DNA of 64,000 nt. It comes from Giardia intestinalis. Taxonomy: Eukaryota. The DNA lies in the NCBI GenBank assembly GCA_000002435.2, contig CM018792.1, one strand, 5' to 3'. The number at the start of each line of letters is the position of its first letter. Position 1 is the first letter of the stretch. The notes under the pieces were generated by a model, which saw nothing but the letters and a program-made list of their open reading frames with translations, did no database searches and had not been told where the DNA came from. Made by a program: the position numbers and the translations under genes. Shown here piece after piece: positions 39,001 through 45,607 of this stretch.

Positions 39001-41682
39001 AAGCTACACATGGAAGAGCGCAACGGCAATGCTAAGCGCCTCCTCATGGAGGACCCTTACATCGACCACGCGCTCATAGGAACCTTCATTCTGGAGTCTC
39101 CGACACACCGGACCGATGACTTTTTAGTCGATCTTGCAATGACATCGCTGACCATCGGGGCTTTTGGACCAACGACTGCAGGCGCTGATTTTTCTGACCA
39201 CATTATTAACGGAGAATGCGCCAGGATGCTGGTCTTAGTTGCCTACGCAGGGAGTGCTTACAAGGAGCTGGCTGAGAGGCTCCTCTTGCACAAGTGTAGT
39301 GAGCTTTGGCAGCTGGCTCTTGTCGGAGTTATGAACGAGGACCCAGCTTCCGACGTCATCAAAGCAATCACGCAGGGTGGGATGCGTCCGATGAGCATGC
39401 ACAGGGACATGCTCTTGCAGGTCTTGGCGCACAGCCCGCCAATTCCTCTCGACACGCTCAGCGATGCACAAATTTTCGTTCTATCTTCGTCTATTCTTGC
39501 CATTAAGAATGAGAGCGATGCAATTCCAAGATATCTACAGGCGATACTAGAAAAGATCATCACTTCTCCGGGCTCTGTGCACGCAAGCAATCCGGGCATG
39601 CAGAATCTTCTCATCGTTACCGCCCTAAATACAAAGGACTATCCTAAGGTGTCGGCCCTTATTCGCTCTGCAGACATGTGCTATGACCAGGACGTAATTG
39701 CAAAGGCTTGCGTGGAAACGGCAAAGAAGAACGAGTACCCGCCTCTCTACGAGGACGCCTTTGAGGTTTTCCACCGCGCCGGGCGTCCCATTGATGCCAT
39801 TCGAGTACTTTTGGACAACATCTCCATAGACCGTGGGATCACTTACGCTAACTCTGTGGGCCTTCCTGAAGTGTGGTCCTTAGTTGGATCGGCCCAGCTC
39901 GAAAAGGCAAGTGCTTATGCATCCGAGGATAATGGGCGCTTCGCGTTGAAATTTGCTTGTGACGCAATAGCATCGTATTTGACCGGAAGATGGACCGCTG
40001 ACTACCGTAATCTTATAATCACGTCATTCAAGGTTTCAAAGGCGTTTATGCACACGCACTCTGTTGAGGTTCGGAGTGAGCTGGCCGCTTTGCTGGAGTA
40101 TTTAAGGATGGCTCGTGTTGTGGTGGCACAGAAGGGGGAGACGTCTTCCCAAGCAGAGATAGATACCGCAGTCATGTATTGCCTGGCCAGGCTGGATGAC
40201 TATGGTGCCCTCAGCGAGTTTCTGGAGTCAGTCAATCCACGCGATAGTACTGTGATACCGAATCGCGGAGGAATAAAGGAGGTCGGAGAGAAGTGCTTTG
40301 CTGAGGAGCATTACAAGGCTGCAAAGTACTTCTTTGAGTTTGTCGGTGACTGGTCACGACTATCTCTTACGTTGGTCAAGCTTCGCTGCTTGAAAGAGGC
40401 GGTGGAGGCTGCTACACGCGCCGCAGATCCTGAGTGCTGGAAGGCGGTAGCTGCAGAGTGCCTGGAGATCCGCGATTTTGAGCTTGCAAAGTCAGTCTTC
40501 CTCAACCTCGTCCTCGTAGAGTCTGAGCTTCCGTCGATAGTGCAATATTATGAGGAGTATGGTTTTATTGAGGAGCTCCTCGAGGTCCTGGAGGCAGGCG
40601 CCGAACAGCCGCAAGCAGCCACATACACCTCTATGGAGACGAATATATTCACCATCCTGGCAATACTTTACTGTAAGTACATGTGGATTGTTCGCAAGAC
40701 AGACCCCCAGCGTCTACAAACGTATATCAAGACGCACGGAAACAAAATCCATATCCCGACTCTTCTGCACTGGACCCGTGAGACAAGGCTCTGGGGAGAG
40801 TACGCGTATCTGCTGGCAGCGTCCCGTGACTTCGACAAGGCTGTCGTTGAGATGATAGCCCATCCCCCGTCGTCTTTCAATCATGATGTTATGAAGAAGG
40901 TGATAGGACGGGTCTCAAATCCTGAGTTGGTTGCCCAAGTCGTAAGCTTCTATATTGAGTACTCCCCAGAGTATCTCTGCGACTTCTTAAAGGCTTGTCA
41001 GCTCGGGGTTCCAAATGCCGACGGCTCTCCAGGGATCCCTGCTGCCTTGGATCCTATTCGAGTGATTGCTATGGTGAGATCCTACGATTGCGTCCCTATG
41101 ATTAAGTCGTACCTGGAATTGTTTGTAGGTGCGCACAACCAGGAAATTAACGAGACCTTGATAAAGATTTACCTTGAGAGCTATGACGACGAAGGCCTGA
41201 GGAGACTTATTGCCGCAACGACTGCCTATGATGCACACGCACTCTTAGACAATTTGGTATCGGAGGATCAGACAGATGACATGCGGAAGCTTGCGGTAGG
41301 GCTCTATGGACGCCTGAATCGATACGACGAGGGCATCAAATTTGGTCTTCAGAATTGGTTTTATGAGGACGCTGCGGAGTGTGCAGCGGACTCGGGACAG
41401 ATCGAGCACTGCGAGGCATTGCTACGCTTAGTCTGCAGCTCGCAGTTCCCCACGCCGAAGATCAGAAAGGAGGTCTTTGCTGTCATTCTCATTCGCTGCG
41501 GCCACTGCATCAGGCCCGACGTAGTCATGGAGTTGGCCTGGGTCAACAGAATGACAGACTACATGATGCCATACATGATCTCCACGTTGCAACGCTACGG
41601 GTCTGCAGTCCGCACACTTGCGGGGTCGATTGCAGAAGCAAGAGGCATGATTCCGGCGCAGCAAGCACCCCAACAACACTAG
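36067..41682 (+). CDS. CHC: Clathrin heavy chain (divergent), 1871 aa
   Basis: The N-terminus aligns to the CHC propeller start pattern (INELFTLRDAQVPEGS...LTVSSSSGICVCV...GEAANLTVVNTVNP, compare IRFQEHLQLQNLGIN...LTMESDKFICIRE...GEQAQVVIIDMNDP). The size and the long alpha-solenoid CHCR-like remainder fit. An AT-rich 'aaaattaaaataaattaaaaacct' precedes the ATG. Confidence 0.7.
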   Translation: MASALSINELFTLRDAQVPEGSCSPEHLTVSSSSGICVCVTTGEAANLTVVNTVNPQATKTFPIQAQHAIQHRKNPNIVVLRTPVLLQTLDVSTMTPYGRFDFPNPIGVDYWGWATDEKLALVCPDAVYFWNCMTGEFSPGFARDVSLTSTYSNSRITDLAVSSDADWVAITALGTDQANHTQGMIQLYCFSRAYTRMLSGQCVTFVDWQLDATRPKTTLLAYAHKPTGSQEITINIMEPAPQVGADGASISGFTTKAVQATVSAALVGVDHPLFLRGKEKYGFLYMFSKQGNVTLVDIYSGLLIYQGPISGEMVFAIGTCYEGGTFSDTHDFIGITTDGRCYGIGVDKINLVNYVMTKRGQPDVAYAIALRTGIRGADSLFQQKLDGYLGQYQWSEAAELVKIAPAGVLRTKATIDRFLAGAAFTAPGAPTPIMIYLTRMLENDGKLAIEEESMELAKFLVQTSNVSTIETYIKEKRFFATEGLGDYLASVGLEQPSFTTYANAGCHEKAIAWLIAHNQYAIIPQYAQKFPEYTPDYPRIISQALKQAEQRPDGASTIESIYQFSLSITQALDATTDGDKILDIADCFADIGRVNEATTILLEVCKRYNYSDDTVIYQSMVIELNRGVNQAVVDAIQAKGVLARINRAEITKRSEESGLYQRAFEFCDSDAECRRIASTYAAKLGKSIFSSPRWYGAYIKRASRFSNPTDDVIKSLFAFQQQMLEITIGGERIYADHVAMGFALSPIVVSNVSLCVTVVKVFEKYGMGNSEALYLFLSMIAPTCLDSSIHNFLLRTILQLDSKTLELTHIVAEDQYLDPNECFTIMTTTTPASPDAFLQAFLTFCERFHLGKKLGLFLTDSITNKVLGKDTFFTLNAATIVEAFIGGHGVAQAHDLLFGLFEGGVLAVPERPALDAVFSADMLSKLMEKPAVQAGCDINKVVDACFTSSRTLKVGRSLLEKRLASGTTDTFVHTAFAKLHMEERNGNAKRLLMEDPYIDHALIGTFILESPTHRTDDFLVDLAMTSLTIGAFGPTTAGADFSDHIINGECARMLVLVAYAGSAYKELAERLLLHKCSELWQLALVGVMNEDPASDVIKAITQGGMRPMSMHRDMLLQVLAHSPPIPLDTLSDAQIFVLSSSILAIKNESDAIPRYLQAILEKIITSPGSVHASNPGMQNLLIVTALNTKDYPKVSALIRSADMCYDQDVIAKACVETAKKNEYPPLYEDAFEVFHRAGRPIDAIRVLLDNISIDRGITYANSVGLPEVWSLVGSAQLEKASAYASEDNGRFALKFACDAIASYLTGRWTADYRNLIITSFKVSKAFMHTHSVEVRSELAALLEYLRMARVVVAQKGETSSQAEIDTAVMYCLARLDDYGALSEFLESVNPRDSTVIPNRGGIKEVGEKCFAEEHYKAAKYFFEFVGDWSRLSLTLVKLRCLKEAVEAATRAADPECWKAVAAECLEIRDFELAKSVFLNLVLVESELPSIVQYYEEYGFIEELLEVLEAGAEQPQAATYTSMETNIFTILAILYCKYMWIVRKTDPQRLQTYIKTHGNKIHIPTLLHWTRETRLWGEYAYLLAASRDFDKAVVEMIAHPPSSFNHDVMKKVIGRVSNPELVAQVVSFYIEYSPEYLCDFLKACQLGVPNADGSPGIPAALDPIRVIAMVRSYDCVPMIKSYLELFVGAHNQEINETLIKIYLESYDDEGLRRLIAATTAYDAHALLDNLVSEDQTDDMRKLAVGLYGRLNRYDEGIKFGLQNWFYEDAAECAADSGQIEHCEALLRLVCSSQFPTPKIRKEVFAVILIRCGHCIRPDVVMELAWVNRMTDYMMPYMISTLQRYGSAVRTLAGSIAEARGMIPAQQAPQQH

Positions 41683-41710
41683 GCCCTGTTCTGGATTTCA
41701 GAGCAAACAA

Positions 41711-42172
41711 CTACTCTTGTAAATTTGACGTCTTCGATGCTTTCTCTGTTTCGAGCTTGGATTCTAGTCGCCGGCGAGCCCTCCAAAGAACTTTGCGGCT
41801 GACCGAGCAACGAAGAAGTGTGGAGACTATGCTGTAGTAGTGGGCTAACGGGAGATTAGGGGCCTCCCTAAGAACAGCTGCAGCCACGTTATCCACATGG
41901 GCAAGAAGGGGGAAAGGACTTTCGTCGGTGTGGAGAACATGGTGCAGAGCAGCCTCGTCGGCAATGACTGAGCCGTCTACTCGTATGGAAATTCGTACAG
42001 ATGCGGAGCAGCCTGCAGATTTGCAGATAAGATGAATACGTCGAGCATCTGCTTTTAGGACTCGCCAGCGGGACCCTCTTGTGACGATATGGTCCGAGTA
42101 ATACCTAAGAGCGTCGTCCTTCGAGCAGAAGCGCCTCTGCGAATCAAGCTGCTGAACAACAGCTGCAGACAT
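41711..42172 (-). CDS. WRKY-like zinc-finger DNA-binding protein (WRKY-GCM1 superfamily)
   Basis: GSRWRVLKADARRIHLICKSAGCSASVRISIRVDGSVIADEAALHHVLH matches WRKY architecture: a WRKYGQK-like strand, then C-x4-C-x21-H-x-H with the SAGC core as in plant WRKY (YRCTSAGCPVRK...HNH). The track start at 42187 is GTG, and the first ATG is at 42172, 15 bp from the kinesin-B stop. Confidence 0.55.
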   Translation of the reverse strand: MSAAVVQQLDSQRRFCSKDDALRYYSDHIVTRGSRWRVLKADARRIHLICKSAGCSASVRISIRVDGSVIADEAALHHVLHTDESPFPLLAHVDNVAAAVLREAPNLPLAHYYSIVSTLLRCSVSRKVLWRARRRLESKLETEKASKTSNLQE

Positions 42173-42187
42173 GGGAAATTTGTTCAC

Positions 42188-45100
42188 TTAGTGTCCAGTA
42201 TCTGTTTTCGTCTGATCCACGAAAATAAACTTCTTTATAATAAGAACTTGCTCTCCGTTGATCTCCTTGAATCCATCCTCCTTGGTCTGGGTCCTGACGA
42301 TGTTTGTGCTAACAATAGCGACCTTCTTCTTGGACGGATCGGGGAGCGCGCTGTCTTTGATCTCGGGCACAAGGGAGTCGGCATAGGCCGAGGTGTACCC
42401 ATAAAGACTGACCTCTAAGCCGGTCCCACTAGTGCGCAGCCATTCCAAGACATCGTCCTGCTTAAAGTAGCTCGTCTTAAGATCCATGTAAATAGTTGAG
42501 TCGAGCGCAGGGTTTGGCGAGAGGTCTGAACTAGAGGCTGTCTGAAAGGTATAGCCCATGTCCAGTAACCTTCGGCGAAACTCATTTTCTTGATAAACGG
42601 AGAGGCGTTTTCCCTTCGGACGTCCAGCGTCCGGGTTGACAAACCATGGCATATGAATCACAGCGTGAACCTTCTTGCAGCACTGGGTGGGTACATTGTA
42701 CGCCTTCTTGAAGTAAGCAGCAATGGTCGTTACAGGGCTTTCGTTCTGAACCAAATTTGCAACATCACATGCGAGGCACTCGGCTCCGTGGTGTGAATAC
42801 CCCGAGCCCAGAAGTGAGAGCGATACATCAATGCTAGTGGCTGCCTTACCCGAGTAGTCATAAATCGGAACGGAAAAGACATCCGTCTCACACGTCTCGA
42901 GAAGACCCGACAGAGGGATACGCCCAACCCCGATAAGGTGAGTTAGGGTCTGGTTATAGATATCTGCCTCCAGATCGAAAGGAAACTCGTCATCATCCTC
43001 TAGATCCCTGTCTGCACTCTCATGTGCCCTGCGCACAGCCTCTTCCTTACCAAGAGTCATCGCAAGTCCGTACATGCGCCTCATGCCGGAGAGTCGCAGC
43101 CCAAATTTCTCTAGTGCCCAGACCTGTCTGATAAGCTTGCGATCCCTGGTTTTGCTGGGGGCAGCCGTGGCCGTCACCAAAATCTCTACGAGTATACCAC
43201 TCAGATCGTCATCAATCTGATCCGCTCGTAAGTCCTTCGTCATTGGATGATTTTTGGACATATTGCGAATGGTCTGACATCGAGCAGCCTGGCGTAGAGA
43301 CGTCGGACTGATAGATGTACGAGCTTGTGCAGCAAAGCGAATGTCATAACAAAAGTACTCTGCTATGGAATTCGCCTCGCAGATAAATGGATAGAGCTGA
43401 CGCAGCACCTCGTGAACCTTCTTTTCATAGGTGGTCCGCTCATCATCGTTTCCAAAATCTGCATAAAAGCTTTCATTGATGTCTGTCTGCACGTTATCTA
43501 AGCCAGGCGTAATTCCAAATGCATCGTCCATGGTAACGGAAACATTCTCCTTAGACACAGGATCATCTCCTATAGGTCTCTGTGCAGTGTCCTTCCCAGA
43601 GCTCTGATAATACGTGTATTCACGTAGTGCAAGATCATACGTTATCTCTGGCTCTACGTAGTCGTAATCCTGTTCCAGAGACTGTTTGACTGCAGCCGCA
43701 CGTGCAGGAGGATCGTAGTAACGATAGAAGGATGACTGGGCCGCAGACCCGCACTTGATACGGTCGCCGTGACGGAGCTGGTGAGTAGAACCAGCAGCTA
43801 TCTGCCTTCCATTGATGTAGAGAGCCCCTTTCGCGCTGAGGGGCCTTATAGTGGCTTCAGTGACTTTGGGAAAGATAGGATTAGCGGTTGAGTCAACGAC
43901 TTTGCCTGTCAAGGAAATAATAAAGTGCTCACCAAGCACACCGAGTTTGCTGACAAGGGCTATCCTGCACTGGCACTCTGTCGGCCCACTATCATCTGCA
44001 CCAACGACAACAGTAACAGGACGAGCATCTTTAAGATCATTCTCAGAACATAACGTATAAATTAGCTGGCCATTATCAGAAGCATTTGAGCTCAAATTGG
44101 ATATATACGGAGTGGTAATTTCTGACCCAAAAGCTGCCGCGAGGCCCATCTTTTTGAGCTTATCTTGTAGCTCTTGTCTGTTCTGCTCCGCTCTGGCTAG
44201 CTTCTCCTCTAGAGATTGATTCCCTTCCTTAAGAAGTCTGTCATACTCGGCTATCTTTGCTTCTAATTCTAAGCGCTCAGCATCAGACAGGCCTGGTTCT
44301 ACAGCACCTGCGTCCCCGGCGGGGGCGCCCCCGGCGAGGAGGGCCTCGAGCTCCTTGACGCGGTCCTCGAGCTCGCGGATGTACTTCTCCTGGGCAGACT
44401 CGTTCTTCGTGACGGTGTTCTCGATCTGGTGGGCGCGGTCTGCGTAGCGGAGGGTCGAGAGGCTCTCGTCGTAGTTCGTCGACGCAGGCGAGATCGCGGC
44501 GATCATGCACGTCATCGAGTTGCCCCCGAGCGCGGGCTGGAGGAGGTACGTCAGCTGGGAGTCGCGGTACGGGACGTGCTGGGGCTTCCGGCGGCCCTCC
44601 GCGGTCGTGTTGTACGCGAGCGCCTCGATGACGCGCCCGAGGGTCGTCAGGGACTTGTTGATGCTGATGCCCTCCGTCAGGCGGTCGCCCGTCGCGCCCG
44701 TCTTGCCCTGGCGCTCGGACCCCGCGAGGTCGACGAGGCTCACCCGGGCGCGCTTGACGTGGCGCCCGACCTCCTCGCCCGCGTCGTTCCGGAGGACCGC
44801 CGTCTGGACGACCTCGATCGCGAAGACGGAGTGCGAGCGCGAGCTCGTCGCGTTCATGTTCGTCGCCGCGACCGTCCGGTTCCGGTCCCCGAGCTCGATC
44901 AGGCGCTGGATCGCGTCGTAGTCGGCGACCGCGTGGTGGCTGAGGTTCTGGACGAAGACGCCCGCCGCGGGGTCCTGGCGGATCCGGAGCTCCTGGGCGC
45001 CCGCGGCGGGGACGAGGAGGTCCCGGAGCCGCTCGTTGTAGATCTCGAGGAACGAGACGGAGACCTGCGTCTCGGCGGGCGAGGCGGCGGCGCGGCGGAA

Positions 45101-45475
45101 GAGCTCGCGCCCGACCCGCGGGATGATCCCTGCGTCGGCCTCGCTCGCGGGCGCGCCCATCATCGAGTACGACTTCCCGGAGCCCGTCTGGCCGTACGCG
45201 AAGAGCGTGTAGTTGTAGCCCTCGAACGCGTTGTCGAGGACGCTCGGCCCGATGTCTGCGTAGACCGTGTCCTGGGTCGCGCACGGGCGGCTCGCGTCGT
45301 GGGACCAGTACGCGTGGTCGTAGACGAACGCCGCGTCGGGCTTCTTCGCGTCTGCGTCCCGGAGGACGACCTTCCCCCCGCCCGGCATGTCGACGCAGAG
45401 CCGCGCCGCCTCCCTCTTCTCGCGCGCGTTGAACGGCCGGACGCGCACCGCGACCTTGACCCCTGTCACCGGCAT
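42188..45475 (-). CDS. Kinesin-3 family motor protein (paralog B); N-terminal ~390 codons are the GC-rich inverted copy of 12369-13541
   Basis: First ~383 aa are identical to paralog A except K21R. The tail then diverges (coiled coil, FHA-like ...INGRQIAAGSTHQLRHGDRI...) and has normal GC. Confidence 0.9.
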   Translation of the reverse strand: MPVTGVKVAVRVRPFNAREKREAARLCVDMPGGGKVVLRDADAKKPDAAFVYDHAYWSHDASRPCATQDTVYADIGPSVLDNAFEGYNYTLFAYGQTGSGKSYSMMGAPASEADAGIIPRVGRELFRRAAASPAETQVSVSFLEIYNERLRDLLVPAAGAQELRIRQDPAAGVFVQNLSHHAVADYDAIQRLIELGDRNRTVAATNMNATSSRSHSVFAIEVVQTAVLRNDAGEEVGRHVKRARVSLVDLAGSERQGKTGATGDRLTEGISINKSLTTLGRVIEALAYNTTAEGRRKPQHVPYRDSQLTYLLQPALGGNSMTCMIAAISPASTNYDESLSTLRYADRAHQIENTVTKNESAQEKYIRELEDRVKELEALLAGGAPAGDAGAVEPGLSDAERLELEAKIAEYDRLLKEGNQSLEEKLARAEQNRQELQDKLKKMGLAAAFGSEITTPYISNLSSNASDNGQLIYTLCSENDLKDARPVTVVVGADDSGPTECQCRIALVSKLGVLGEHFIISLTGKVVDSTANPIFPKVTEATIRPLSAKGALYINGRQIAAGSTHQLRHGDRIKCGSAAQSSFYRYYDPPARAAAVKQSLEQDYDYVEPEITYDLALREYTYYQSSGKDTAQRPIGDDPVSKENVSVTMDDAFGITPGLDNVQTDINESFYADFGNDDERTTYEKKVHEVLRQLYPFICEANSIAEYFCYDIRFAAQARTSISPTSLRQAARCQTIRNMSKNHPMTKDLRADQIDDDLSGILVEILVTATAAPSKTRDRKLIRQVWALEKFGLRLSGMRRMYGLAMTLGKEEAVRRAHESADRDLEDDDEFPFDLEADIYNQTLTHLIGVGRIPLSGLLETCETDVFSVPIYDYSGKAATSIDVSLSLLGSGYSHHGAECLACDVANLVQNESPVTTIAAYFKKAYNVPTQCCKKVHAVIHMPWFVNPDAGRPKGKRLSVYQENEFRRRLLDMGYTFQTASSSDLSPNPALDSTIYMDLKTSYFKQDDVLEWLRTSGTGLEVSLYGYTSAYADSLVPEIKDSALPDPSKKKVAIVSTNIVRTQTKEDGFKEINGEQVLIIKKFIFVDQTKTDTGH

Positions 45476-45487
45476 TTCTTTTTTTAC
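44303..45487. repeat. Inverted repeat copy B (partner of 12357-13541)
   Basis: See copy A. The outer end coincides with the kinesin-B start codon (45475). The (TAGGG)3 tract lies 45 bp beyond it. Confidence 0.85.
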
Positions 45488-45519
45488 TGGTTCTAGTATA
45501 GGATGGTGTATAGGTCATG

Positions 45520-45534
45520 TAGGGTAGGGTAGGG
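45520..45534. repeat. Interstitial telomere-like repeat (TAGGG)x3 within a degenerate TAGG-rich tract (about 45496-45536)
   Basis: The sequence is tagtataggatggtgtataggtcatgTAGGGTAGGGTAGGGta. TAGGG is the pentameric telomere unit reported for Giardia (from memory). Confidence 0.6.
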
Positions 45535-45566
45535 TAAACACTTACCTCTAGACTACGATGCTCCAT

Positions 45567-45605
45567 ACTAGAGAGCTCGGATCCAAAAAATAGAATTCGA
45601 GCTCT
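45567..45605. repeat. Imperfect palindrome (13-bp arms agagctcggatcc / gaattcgagctct, 8-bp A-rich spacer), dense in 6-cutter sites, immediately 5' of the ATG at 45608
   Basis: XbaI tctaga at 45547. SacI gagctc at 45573 and 45599. BamHI ggatcc at 45579. EcoRI gaattc at 45593. The arms match at 11 of 13 positions. Confidence 0.6.
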
Positions 45606-45607
45606 TG

